Assembly: GCA_028023455.1 (NCBI GenBank)
Contig: JAQFVV010000009.1
Location: 4,340,001-4,404,000, forward strand
Reading direction: 5' to 3'
From: Epiperipatus broadwayi
Lineage: Eukaryota; Animalia; Onychophora
Length of the DNA stretch: 64,000 bases
Position 1 is the stretch's first letter; the number at the start of each line of letters is the position of its first letter. A program made the translations under genes and the position numbers. The notes beneath the pieces are model-generated. The model was not told the origin of the DNA. It made no database searches and was given only the letters and a program-made list of their open reading frames with translations. Positions 13,526 through 25,997 of this stretch are shown here, piece by piece.

Positions 13526-13848
13526 AACAAACTCTCCATACAGTAGTGCCATCAAAGCTTTAGTAATAAATAGATGCAAGAAGATATGTGCATAAAATCC
13601 CCATCTAATGCCTACTCATACAATATCCTCAGACTAGCTTTTAGCTTTCATTAATGAGGAGCCTTGGATTTGAGATCACTGCATCTAGATCCTAAAATCT
13701 AAGTGCGGTGCTCTCAAATCCAAGGCTCCTCACTGATAAAATCTACAAGCTAAAAACTAGTTTGGGGATATTGGATGAATAAGCACTAGATAAGGATTTT
13801 CTACACAAACCTTCTTGCATCCATTGAATTACTATGGAGAGTTTGCTA
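13526..13848. mobile_element. Inverted pair of Penelope-like terminal repeats (palindrome, ~160-bp arms)
   Basis: Arms 13526-13690 and ~13696-13848 are reverse complements, and each contains a decayed hammerhead; inverted terminal-repeat structures are typical of PLE insertions. Confidence 0.65.
13728..13767 (+). ncRNA. Decayed minimal hammerhead ribozyme (antisense twin at 13627-13659)
   Basis: Consensus of the two arms: CCTCA-CTGATGA-A-AGCT(ACA)AGCT-GAAA-CTAG-TC-TGAGG; stem I CCTCA/TGAGG, palindromic stem III ACTAGT; each arm has core lesions. Confidence 0.6.
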
Positions 13849-14241
13849 TTGTTTCACTATCATTTATTAGACAATTAATGATTGGAGAAATATTATATTT
13901 ATAAAATCAATAGTTTCTATTTTAATATTGCAATATAATTATTAACATTAAATTATCATTTACTTAGTATCTAGTATCTATTTATGGCTTATGCAAGCAT
14001 ATACTAATTATAATTTCATATATATATATACAAATAAAAATTGTTTAGAGCTACATTGCTTCTGATTAGAGAGTAGCAGATTTACCTTTAATTTTAATAG
14101 ATGTTTGTTAAAAACTCCAGTCTCACTAAGATCTATTATTTGTATTGAATTCTCATTCATCAAAAAATGTTGAAGGTCTCCAATAAAAAATAAAAAGTTA
14201 TGCAAACAGATATATAAACTGCTTTTTACAAAGCAACTTAC

Positions 14242-14278
14242 ATTTGATCTGTCCAAAACTGATCTCATTCATTTGAAT
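14242..14278 (-). CDS. Candidate internal exon of the unidentified minus-strand gene (IQMNEISFGQIK)
   Basis: Acceptor ttttttatttgaaag, donor gtaagt, open in phase 0, compatible with the exon at 18475-18539. Confidence 0.4.
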
Positions 14279-15579
14279 CTTTCAAATAAAAAAAAGTTTA
14301 GATTTAATATCTCCTATAAAACCACAAACTAGATAAGTAATAATCTTAATCTCTAACCCCTACTTCAAATTTTAAACAGTGCTAATATTTACATAAATGT
14401 TAAATGATCACTTTAATAAGCATATAATTATTATTTTTAATAATATATAGACTAAATTTATTGTTTTGAACACCAACCAGCAATTAACTCAAGATAAGGT
14501 CATATCAAAATTAAAATTGTTTCATTTAAGCACAATAATTTATTAAATTATTCCATTTCATTTTTAGTGTATAATTAACATCACTTGAAATAATTTTAAA
14601 TTTAATTTCTTCTATTTTTTGAATACAGAAATCCTGTCACTTAGGATCAAACATAGCAAAAGTACTGTTAAACTAATTATATTTACATGTCTCAGAATAT
14701 AAAACCACTATCCAACTTAGGAGAATTATTATAATATGTAAAGATTTAAAGCTAGAATAGTTTGTGGTAATATTACAAATAAAAAATCTAATGAAAAGTG
14801 AAATTTGTAACATATTATTACTTTTCTTCTTAAATGGTAAATCAATTTCAGCAAAATGTTATACTTTTGAAGTGTCAGAAAGTAAAAATGTTAATACAAT
14901 AAATTTGCTTCCCAATATTAGCAAGAAAAAGGTTAAGCATGTGAAATATCTTTACTTTTAGATTTTGAATGTCAAACATATTGAGAAAATAAAAGAATCT
15001 GCCAGTTAATCTTTTCCTATTGACAAAAAGATATTACATATTATTTACTGCTTAATGTTGATTTCCAGTTAAATAGCATTCATATTAAATTACAATAAGT
15101 AGTTAAAATTATGCTCAAATTTATTCATAAATACACCATCATTGTAAACTCATATTATAATGTTCAGAAATTGTTTTGTAAAAAAAAAATATTAAGATAA
15201 AAATTTTATATGAACATTTAAGCCAAAATATTCCAAATAAATCTCTGTAGATATTTTACTATTTGGCATTTAATATTTCTGACTAGATTTTACTATTTGA
15301 GATTATTCATTTGTTATTAAATACTATCCTTGGTGTCTATATAAGTATTGATCGTTACTACTGCAATAGTGCAAGGTGTGTTGGTAGTTGAATTTGAAGA
15401 TTTTGCTGAGAATGTAATATAGGTGAATTTGTATAAAATAATATATGTAATAAATCTTTTATTTGATTAAACATAGAAAATTTCTTTTCCTTGAGGCATA
15501 CACATTGTATTTTTTTTTCTTTTAATAAAAAAAAAAGAGAGAGAGTAAATTAAATAATAAAAGCGACTACTGATTTGAA

Positions 15580-16010
15580 ATGTTGATAAAAGTTCTGCAA
15601 AATGTGACATTGGTAATTAAATATGGCCATGATGGTTACAAGAAAGAGAACTTTGAGAGCAAAAATCTAATGAAAGATAAAAGTTTAAAGGAATTTGGGA
15701 GGTATTCAGCGTACACATGTGTGATGAGTTTTCTAAGGGATATAAAACAGATGGATATGAATAAAGGGGTCTTTTCTCTTGGATACACAGCAAGATGCAG
15801 AATTATCCTGTGATAGTTGCCGATATTCAAATGGGCGACTAGAATGCCTGAAAAACGCTGGTCTTTCCTTTCCCTTGAACATCCTTATAATGATTTAGAA
15901 GAAAGAAAGTTGACAACTGCTTGAAATAGAAGCATCGCGTCAAAACTAGAACTTAACCTATAGATCATAAAGTAAAACCTGAGGATTACCTCTATTGCTA
16001 AAGAACTATT
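15580..16010 (+). mobile_element. Decayed non-LTR retrotransposon C-terminal fragment
   Basis: Reading frame with stops containing LPIFKWATRMPEKRWSFLSL, resembling the LINE post-RT W..RM...R motif. Confidence 0.35.
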
Positions 16011-17404
16011 CTAATAAACAATCTTACCAGTAAGAATTTAAATTGTGAACTCATGATATTTATTGAAATAACTTTTAAGATATTCCACATACTGCGTGAA
16101 CCATAAGAAAAAAATTAATGGATCAAATGAACAATAAATGGGATTAATGGATCCTAGAAATTTTATAATTATGATATTATTTTTTTGTTATTATTGAAGT
16201 AAAATAAATATGCTCTATAAAAAAAAAAGAAAAAGAAAGAACTGCAATGTGTGTTTGTTTAGGCCTCTTAAATGTATTCTCTCAGCAATCTTCTTTGGAA
16301 AATTCAACTGTTGATACCAAGAGACTTCATTGTATGTCAGGTAATATTGTGATTAGTTCATCTAAAATTTATGTGGTATAGATTTTAATGTAGGTGGCTA
16401 TTTGTTCCCTTGTCTTAAAGGGGATTTGTATTACAGGGTAGGGTCACTCCATTGTTGATTTAATAGGGATGTCTAAACAGCATCCTGGTACCTAATAAAA
16501 ATAAATAAATTTAAACTATTAAAGGTGACAATGTGAGTGAAAGTTAGCATCTATTTTAAGTAGTGTAAATTGTTCTTATTTACACTAAAACCTAGACAGA
16601 TAATGTTAATCACTGTATATAAGTGCAGATAGGTTTTCACCAGAATGTATAAGTAATTCGTTATAATTAGGGCTGTATCACCTAGAAATATACGCTTATG
16701 CTAAAGCTTAAATGGTTATATGTAGTAACATAGAATAAGTGCGGGCGTGGTAAGTAATGAATACATTCTTAATAGATATATAAACCTAATCATCAAGCCA
16801 TTTGCATCTAATAAATGTAGAGTAGGAAATAAATGGTATACTACTAATAGAGAATCATTAATTGTTATTGGATTAATGTAACTCAAAGGTGGAAACTTCT
16901 GGCCCGTATGCCAACTCCAGCCCTCGAAAACTTCCAATCTATCCCACAAACATTTTCAAAAATGTATACAAAATGGAATCTATACAAAATTTCTATTTAA
17001 ACAAGCATATAACGCAAATATTGAAATAAGTGTTAAGTAAAATAAAATATTTATCTCAATTACATCTTTTTCTCTCTCCAATCTTCATAATAGTTCTATT
17101 TCATTATATCAAAGGTGCTATATTCCAACAAATTATCTACATTGTGTGGAGAATCTGACTACAGATTTAATCTATGATATAGAGAGCGTTTTGTTTGGTT
17201 TTATAGTGATTATCAGAGACAAATGAATAACTAGCAAAAATAAAACAAAAATTTTACTTCATTTTACTATAATTATTATTTTGCATTTAATTTATATTTA
17301 TTAGGATAGTTACATTAAATAAGATAAGAAAAACTGGTACAGAGAATCATAAATTTCAAAAGAAATGGACCAATGTATTTTTTTTTTATATAGAAAGAAA
17401 TAGT

Positions 17405-17800
17405 AAATTGATGTGCCTGATATGTCTGGAAAGTGTTTCTGTTAACAAAGAATACATTATTAAGAGGCACTACTTATCAAAACATTCTGGTCACAGCCAA
17501 ATTATTGGGGAAGAAAGAAATATTAAAATAAAAAACTTGAAAAATAGCTTCATCAATAGCTGACATAATTTTATAAAAAATACAAACAAATCAGAAAATT
17601 CTGTGAAAGCAAGTTATTTATAAAAAAAAAAAAAAACAGAAAATTCAAAATCATTTTTTGAAGAGAAATTTATAAAAGACTGCATCCTAGATACTGCAGA
17701 ATTAATCTAACCAGAGCATAAAAATAAATTTGACATTACAAATATGTCACCAAAATAGATACAAGACAAACTGGAAAAATTGTCATTAAATGTGAAACAG
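17405..17800 (+). mobile_element. hAT (SPIN/GTF2IRD2-like) transposase N-terminal remnant
   Basis: Translates as MCLICLESVSVNKEYIIKRHYLSKH (BED-type CLIC...KEY..KRHY..KH motif). Confidence 0.6.
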
Positions 17801-18474
17801 TCATTAATAACAATGATATTACTTTATTTTTAATTCATGAAAAAAAATATGGCCCTTGTTTAAAAAGAAAAAGTTGAATCTGACCTACCAGTTGAAAAAG
17901 TTGCTTATCTTTAATGATTAGAGGTAAATTAATTAAATTTTTGATCAAATATATATTTTTAGTCTATAATTTTGTATGGACTATAAATGATATTATAAAT
18001 ATTCCAAAGACCCTTGGCAGAAAAAATGTTCCCCACCTCTAATATAATTGATCGTGCACATTATTCTGACATTAATGAGAAATTAGAGAAAATTATTAAA
18101 AAAAATTTAAAGATAGAAAGATTTAGATTACTGTGATATACAAAATTCTATACAATGGGCCATAGTTTAGTCTCTACAAGTCATGATTCTAATCTTAGAT
18201 AAATAATATAATCTTAATATTCATGTATATATACAATTTATGTAAATATTATTTGATTAAATGTATGTCCTGAAAGATTCAGCATTACTCCTAATCCTAA
18301 AAATCAAACAAAAAATATTTTTTTTTTGACATTTTACATTAACTATATAATGCATTTGCATTGTCTCATCAATAATCTAGATAAAACAACAAAATAAAAC
18401 ATTGAAACAAAAAATTTAAATATAATATAAAATGATACAGAATGCAGAAAAACTCTAAACTGTTAAAATATTAC

Positions 18475-18539
18475 CTTGATAGCTTCTTTTAATTCTTTGT
18501 CATCATTATTCTCAACAATGCACAGCTGCAAAATGGAAT
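18475..18539 (-). CDS. Candidate internal exon of the unidentified minus-strand gene (xSILQLCIVENNDDKELKEAIK)
   Basis: Acceptor aatataaatttcag, donor AAG|gtaata, 65 nt, open frame starting in phase 1, compatible with exon 58025-58085. Confidence 0.55.
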
Positions 18540-18639
18540 CTGAAATTTATATTTTTCAAAAATATAGTACTGAGCACAAAAAACACATGAACATCTTAAT
18601 AAAATAATAATAATAATTAAATGATTTATTGCCTAGAGG

Positions 18640-18870
18640 TCTAAGAAGTTTCAGCATCGGAAATGACAATGCTGGAGCTGTGATTCATGGATCTTGAATC
18701 CCAGAATCCACCACTCTATACTTGCACTAATTATGAATAGCAAAATAATCAAATACTATAGCTCAGGAATTAATAATAAGTTTAATTATTGGAAGTAACA
18801 AAGCTGGAGCTATTATCTATGAACTCAAACTCCTTTGTAGATTACTCTACCGTTGATCTAAACCAGGTAG
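18640..18870 (-). repeat. Two decayed tRNA-derived SINE-like fragments
   Basis: Minus-strand remnants such as GCAAGTATAGAGTGGTGGATTCTGGGATTCAAGATCC and a shared GCTCCAGC segment in both pieces. Confidence 0.35.
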
Positions 18871-19349
18871 AACAACATATTAACTTTTGCACTTAATGAA
18901 AATTATCAGAAATAACATTTCCATGCTTCAAAATGCAATGAGAAGTTATCAATATTTGTGTTGCTAAAAATGTGAATTTTATTAATTTTTTAAAAGCAAG
19001 ACATGAATATAACCAAAATGTTTCATGCATTATCAAATTTATACATTTAACTATGATTTTATAACTAATATTAATAAGTTATTGAAGTAATGTCACCTAA
19101 CTGATTATTAATAAGATATTAAAAAATGATCATTATTTCTGAAATGTTTTTTCTTAGAGAAATATTTTCTATTTGGATTCTTCTTAAGAATAATAACTGT
19201 TAGTTTAATCAAAAAAATGTTATGTATTATATTACAAAACAGTAGGAATCATATTACCATATAGAACATTCAAACTAAAGTACCATTTTATAATTGCTGA
19301 TATAAGAAGTATGGGATTAATAATATATGTATATAATACAGTAATTAAA

Positions 19350-20300
19350 ATATTATCTTGACTTCCAGTGCTCCAATGCATTGGCACCACCTTCATCCCC
19401 AGTCACTTCCCAGATAGATTCTCAAGCAATCAACCAACAAGTAACATATTTCTTTAATCAATACCAACAGTAATGGTCAATCTGACCTCCCAATACCTCC
19501 CCTCCCCCCTCCCCGACATCCTCAAATCCAGAATACATATCCATGGATTTTACCCCAGATCCAACCAAAAATCTCAGATCACCCCCTTTTCATACACACA
19601 GTCAGCTATGCCCATAGACTCTAACCAACCCAATTCATCTAATTTATCAATATCAAGCATTGACATCATCATCCAATCTTACCCTGAAACATTTCTGCAA
19701 ATAAATATGGAGACTAATATATCACAAAAAACAAAACAGTGCAAATCATAGAAACAATTGTTTCATGCTTACCATTCATACTCTCTACTTTTCACCCCTA
19801 ATGAAACCAAAAGAAAACCTGGACAACCTAAGTAAAAGCATCAGTTGAAAAAATCAACAATCATTGATATTGATTATATACAATCAGTTACTGAACTCAA
19901 TATGAACATGGAAAGTACAATCCAAGCACACCAATTCACTGATCCTAAAAATTCACCTACTAACCACAAGCTCCTAACTACATCAAGAAAATTCAAGATT
20001 TACATGAACAAACTGCATTGTTACAAAAAAAAAAAACAGAACATTGACAGAATTATAATATGCCCATAGGTCATATATATAAAAACCTAAAATCTTTGTA
20101 GATATACATTTGCAAGCTTCAACACAAACTTGAAAATTTGTATACAGATTGCATTAAAATTTTCTTCGTGTATACTATAGTTCAAATATATGTAATCATG
20201 TCACTTCGTTGCTTTTGGCCCATTCAGAAATGTAATCTATCCCACCTCCTCTGATCTATGCAGTATTGCAAATTAAAACTAGTGAATCTAAAAAAAAATT
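19350..20300 (+). mobile_element. Probable LINE ORF1 (gag-like) remnant
   Basis: C-rich, Pro/Ser/Gln-rich frames (ORFs 19473, 19845) followed by a degenerate Cys-rich knuckle-like stretch near 20190-20270. Confidence 0.35.
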
Positions 20301-21878
20301 AGTTACATAAGCATATGTGTGCCAAAAGAAATTATGTAAAACACTTTGTCTTAATAAAGTTTCTTTGAAACATAAAATATTTTATTTATAATGATTTTAT
20401 CTTTAAACTATAGTAATGGTAATTATAATTATTACCAATGTTATAATTCATTAAGATTTTTTAGTATTAAAACATAATCTTTTATATATGTCTAGTATCC
20501 TCTGAAGAATTTAAATTAAAAATTGCAGTGGCTAATCAAGAGTTTAATAAAACTAAGAAGTGTTATAGAAGAAAAAAAGTTAGACTGCAATAATTCCAAA
20601 ACTGTGGTTTATAGACCTTTAGAGGTCTGTTAATACTTATTAGTGTTTGCAGACCCATTTTCTAAAAATAATTATTTTTTTTACAAATATTTAAAATTAT
20701 TATTTAAAACTATTTTAAGCTTTAAATGAAATGTGATAATATATTAAAATGTTACATTTTAATAATTTATTGACAAATAAAAAAGTGGTTCTTTTTATTA
20801 AATTTTATAAATTATTTTAATAAAAGTTTTCACATTCACATGCATTAGAAAACTGTCGAAAAATAATATAAGAAATTTAAAATGGAATCATTCTACAACT
20901 TCAATCTAATATCTAAAGATTATCTTAAATATTATTTATACTTTGTTATTTTAATATTATTGAATTCTAATGGATTTATAGTTGCATACTTTAGAATAAG
21001 ACAAGACAAAGAAAGATAAGAATTATTTTTATTTCATAATATAAATATTTATTAAAACATTTTAATATTTGAATTTATATTGTAATCCTCTGGGATTGTT
21101 ATTTCTCCTCTGGGTCCGATTTCTCTTTCATTTGCTATAGTCATGATCTTTACTTATATCCTGAAAGTTTCTATTGAAAAACTGAGGGTGATAAGTTGAA
21201 CAATTTTGTTTTCAAGAATATATGATTTTTTATTGGTATTTTAATAGTATTTAACTTATTTATTTTATTATAAAAATGAATCATTACTTAAAATCATTAG
21301 TAAAATCAGAAATAATTCAGTCATCTTTTGAGGACAGGATCTTGTTTAATTTTAAAAACAATAGGCACCAACCAAAAAACCACATAAGTACTCTAATGGA
21401 TTTATAAGCATTTATATTGACATGGTTGAGAAACCTTTCAGTGCCATATATTATGACATATAAAAACATGAATTAGGAAAAGTTCCAATATCATCTGAAC
21501 ATAAAGCATGAACAATATGCCAATAAATCAATTGAATTTTTTTTTTTTCAAATGAAATTAAAAGAATTACAAGTGAATCAAAAATTATTGGAAAAAACTG
21601 TATTACTAATAGCAATAATGAATGGGTCATTGCATTATGAAGTATCCTTCCTTATTGCTAAATCTGGAGAAAAAATCGCAGAGGATTTAATTTATGTTTT
21701 TAAAGGGAATGGTTATTCAAATGTTTGGGAATAATACTATGAAAGATTTGTTTAATTCCATTATCAAACATTACTTATTAGTGATATAGTATTAAAAATA
21801 TTAGCCTAAAAGCGATTTACTCGCTGACGAAGAAGCTTCCAAATAAACAAAACAAATTTTGCTTAAAACTATTAAATG

Positions 21879-21917
21879 GGCCAAGCGCTTTCAAGGTTTG
21901 CCCTCATATTCATGGCC
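21879..21917 (-). ncRNA. Minimal type I hammerhead ribozyme with an A3-U8 core variant
   Basis: GGCC-ATGAATA-T-GAGG(GCAAA)CCTT-GAAA-GCGC-TT-GGCC, 64 nt downstream of the PLE stop codon on the sense strand; palindrome AGCGCT in stem III. Confidence 0.72.
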
Positions 21918-21980
21918 GACGAAAGTAATAAATCTTTACGTAGTGTTATTAAATAACAAATATGCAAATGTAAATGCAAA

Positions 21981-22592
21981 TCAGTTTGACCATTTTTTTG
22001 AAATGGAAAAACACGTATCGCGTCTATTGATAGAATTGTTGTCACAAACAATAAAGTACGCCTCTTTGATCTTTCTTTTACAGTCGTTGGTTTCAGGGCA
22101 TACAATCCTGGGGTTGCCTGGTTCGAACACATGGCCAGCCTGCTTTTCATGTTCCAGAAATATTGAAAAGTTATCGCTGTTCTTTTTTGCTCTTCTATAG
22201 GTATACAAGTGTTGAGCAGCTCTGTTGTGAACAGTGGCCTTAGTTTCTCCATAGTATATGGCTTTGCATCCGGCCTGTGGACATGACATGCTGTAAATCA
22301 CCTGGGGTGTTTGAGATGGGTCTGTTCTATCCTTTGAATTATTAATGAGTCTGTTAGAATTAGGGGGAGTATGAAAACCAACCTTAAATTCCCCAGTTAA
22401 AGTCTTTATTATCTGTTGTGATACTTTGGGAATATAAGGGAGTGTAATTTGAGGCTTATCCTTATTTTTGTGGTTAGCTATTAGTTTACTGTGAAATTGC
22501 TTAATTTTCTTTGCAATTGATCTGTAGCTGAAACCTACGCTAAGCAAATCTTTTATATAAATTGCGATGTTGGTCTTTCTATCGGCTTCAAA
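21981..22592 (-). CDS. PLE C-terminal linker + GIY-YIG endonuclease (partial ORF)
   Basis: ITLPYIPKVSQQI, VIYSMSCPQAGCKAIYYGET, R..QH, EH....GH, RKIKEAYFI, NSINR motifs; the first ~42 residues of the listed ORF are antisense hAT sequence. Confidence 0.85.
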   Translation of the reverse strand, partial: FEADRKTNIAIYIKDLLSVGFSYRSIAKKIKQFHSKLIANHKNKDKPQITLPYIPKVSQQIIKTLTGEFKVGFHTPPNSNRLINNSKDRTDPSQTPQVIYSMSCPQAGCKAIYYGETKATVHNRAAQHLYTYRRAKKNSDNFSIFLEHEKQAGHVFEPGNPRIVCPETNDCKRKIKEAYFIVCDNNSINRRDTCFSISKKWSN

Positions 22593-25427
22593 TATTAAAA
22601 ATCTATTGATTGAACAGATATAAAAGTCAATATTGAAAGCATGGATCTTTCTAATAGTGATAACGTAATGGCTTACATTCAATATAAATATGATAGTAAA
22701 ATTAAATATCATCAAACTTGCATTACTAGATAAGTTTTTTACTAATTTAAATTATTGCATAACAAATAATGAATTGGATTAGATAAAATAGTGCTCGTTC
22801 TATAATTGCAGCAAGAATATTTTATTAAAAATGAAGCAACAAATGCAATCTGAATACACTATTATAATCAGTCAAAAAATGCTAACATTTAAAAACTACA
22901 TCTGATGAAGCTATAATAAAAGTAAACTTTATTGAGGTTGGTCTCCTAAATAACTAAACTTTTAAATTTTTACATGATGAAATGGGAAGCCATTATAAAT
23001 AACCTTTAATAAAATGCATTGATTGCCTTGTAAGAAGATTTTAAATTAAATTTCCAAACAGTGAGACAAAATTAAGACTATTTTTAATTGATGAAAAAAT
23101 GTTTTATTGAAAAGTAATTTAGTGAATTCTCTTGGCTGATTAAGGTTGCATATTTAGTTATCATCTTTTCTCATTTAAATGAACTAAATTTATAAGAAAT
23201 GGCTATAAAAGTTTTTAAAATTGAAAATAAAATGGAAGCCATGATTTGAAAAATTAATTTGTGAAAAAAGCCATTTGAAAATAATGTTTTTGAATAATTG
23301 CCAATCCTATATGACTTTCTTCAACCAGAATCTTACAACTGTTTATGAAATAATAAAAGTGATAATTTTTGAATAGAATAAATTTGCAGTTATAGCATAA
23401 TGGCTCATTAAGAATTGCTGCCTGACTATTGACTAACAATAAAAAAAATATATGCAAAATTATCAGCTTGAAATATATATTTTCCTTTTGTGCTATTTAT
23501 TTTTGTAAGCTTTTTCATGCTGCTATAAAGAAAAATAATTATAAAATTAATTAAATGAAAATCATGACACAACTTGCCAAATATTGAGCCTGGTATTGCA
23601 AATCTTGTAATAAATATATATCATTTATTTCACAACTACCAAAAATTTAATACTTATTTAATTCTTTTATGATTTGTGGTTAACCTATACTGAATAAAAA
23701 TTAATATTAGGGTCAGAATTTAATGTCCTTTTAATTTCTACAAAGTTTCAACCATTTATTCTGGGGCCATAATTAGGTGCTAATTCAATGAATTCTGAGG
23801 TTGAATTCAAAGAGTGAGCACATAAAGATGACCACAAAAAGAACCAATTTCTGCTTTCTCTCTTACTTTCCTCAGTTTCAATAAATTTTAAAAAATTCTA
23901 ATTTGAGATACAAGCCCAACCAAATTTTTTCTTTTTCATCATAATAATTTCAATAAATAATCTTTTTTCACTTAATTTTTTCCACATTTCATTTGCTATT
24001 TTTTTTTTTTTTCAAATGTATCTATTTCATTCTCCTGCAAATTCACACTTCTAAAATCTGATTTTTTTTTTTAATTGTTAATATCTGTTCCAGATTAATT
24101 TTAATGGATCATAATATAAGCCTTTGCACTCACTAAAAATCTATTTAACTACTGCACTATTTCCAATACGACATCTTTATCACTATTTCTAACATCAGAT
24201 ATTCACTTTTCTTCATTTTATAAATAAATATAAAAGTATTTAATTTTATTCTAATATTAAAAATCTGAATATTTTTAATGACTGTATTTTTTGTCAGAAG
24301 AAAAAATCTGCAATATATTTCACTAGCAAACATTTCTAAATTCAAATATAATTTTAAAAAAATAATAATAATCGTTACTAACTTCTATATCCATTTCTTG
24401 CAAATTATTATCATCAAGAAGTAAAGAAATTTAAGACATGATCTTATTTAATATATAAATTACATTTATATGAGTAACTACTCCAAAAAATTTTTCACTT
24501 CATTGTAATTTGTAGCAGCTTTAGCTTCTTAAAAGTTTTCAAAATTACATCTATCTTTACTCTTAGCGTTTGTTCTTAACTTGTTCAATTTGTGCTCCAA
24601 TCATAATCATTGTTTCTTTTACTTTATGATTTCTAAAAAAAGTTTAGCAGATCCTGATTTTTTTTCTTTTTGGAATTGCTGACTGCTAGCTTAATGTTCT
24701 GAATGATGTTAACTAAGATATTCTGACAATTATATAAAAGTAACTTTCTTTCTTGAAGAGCTAGAATTTTTTGGAAGGATTTCTTTTTTTGATAATCATG
24801 ATTTTTTACGAGATGGCTAACTACTTTGTCGGATCAAGCTTTGTGACTAATGATCGTGATTACTTATGACTTCATGAATATAATTTTTGAGATTAGGAAA
24901 ATGAGATTTTTTACAGTAGAGACTTTTTTTAATGTTTGTCATAGAGTATTTTTTACAAATCAGAGTCCTTACTTTCTGATATAACTAGAAAAATGACATA
25001 ATTTAAGCACATTCGATCTAGATTTGAAGCTTAATAATTATAATGTCTTTCTATTGCTAAGAGATCTAGAAGATTGATTATATGATAATTAAATTTGTGA
25101 CTTAAATCCATTTGGTTTCTTTTAATGAGAGATTTAGCATTTTCTTTAATTAAAGAAATCTTTTTTTTTTTTTTTAAGTTCCTTCAAAATTTCTTCAGCT
25201 GATACCTTTCTTTAACCTATAACAACTATAACTTAGTATAATAACATTCAAATTACAAACTGTATCTTATATTGCTCATAAGATATGTATTTGTTTTATA
25301 TAATTACACCTCAAATTCAATTTTTTTTATAAGCATTATTTACAAAACATATTAAAATATTTACATAAAAAAGTCAAAAATATATAGGCATAAAATCGCA
25401 AAACAAAGTTACTTTTATTTAATTGGA

Positions 25428-25997
25428 TTCAGTTGATAGTCTTTTTATAATCAGTTAATTATTTTCTTTTTAATCAGTTATTAAAATGACAAATTTGTTT
25501 CCTATTATTGCTGCCATTAGTTACAAGAAGTTTTATTACATTTGTCTTAAAAAATAGAAAAAAAAGTACAGGCCCCTAGTTACGAACTTAATTGGTTCTT
25601 GACGTGTATTTGGAAGTTGAAATTGTTTGAAAGTAGAGATATGTAAAAAAAACATCAAAAAGAGTTTTCAAAATACAGTATTTATTTTTTATTGATTAGT
25701 ATCTGGAGTTTTCAGTTGATAGTATTTTTATAATCAGTTAATTGTTTTCTTATTAATACGTTATTAAAATGACAGATTTATTTCTTATTATTGCTGCTAT
25801 TAGTTACAAGAAGTTTTATTACATTTGTCTTAAAAAATAGAAGAAAAAAAGTACAGGCAGTCCCCTAGTTATGAATTAATTGTTTCCTGACATGTATTTG
25901 GAAGTTGAAATTGTTTGAAAGTAGAGGTATGTAAAAAAAAAATCAAAGAGTTTTCAAAATACAGTATTTATTTTTTATTGATTAGTATTTGGAGTTT
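25428..25997. repeat. ~283-bp tandem duplication spanning a Tigger end and its flank
   Basis: Units 25428-25710 and 25711-~25997 align end to end; both contain TA + CAGG(CAGT)CCCCTAGTTA. Confidence 0.85.

Larger units (their letters stand above)
21800..22592 (-). mobile_element. 5'-truncated Penelope-like element (GIY-YIG endonuclease end + 3' region with hammerhead)
   Basis: Uninterrupted ~200-codon frame; candidate TSD TATTAAAAAT at 21790-21799 and 22593-22602; more GC-rich than its surroundings. Confidence 0.85.
21400..23500 (+). mobile_element. Decayed hAT (Buster/Charlie, ZBED8-like) transposase, split by a PLE insertion
   Basis: HYEVSFLIAKSG..IAEDLI at ~21630-21690; IESMDLSNSDNVMAYIQY (DESTD-type motif) at ~22630; KVAYLVIIFSHLNELNL at ~23140. 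Confidence 0.65.

Noticed and set aside
21824-21845. Plus-strand CTGACGA as a second hammerhead
   Set aside because: No properly spaced stem II, GAAA or stem I, and it is not conserved in the 43.6-kb copy.
22593-22715. N-terminal 42 residues of the GIY-YIG ORF as a true start
   Set aside because: This stretch is the antisense of the host hAT transposase beyond the candidate TSD; the PLE is 5'-truncated.
22902-22930. CTGATGAAG hammerhead-like core
   Set aside because: Lies within the hAT transposase remnant and lacks GAAA and stem I.
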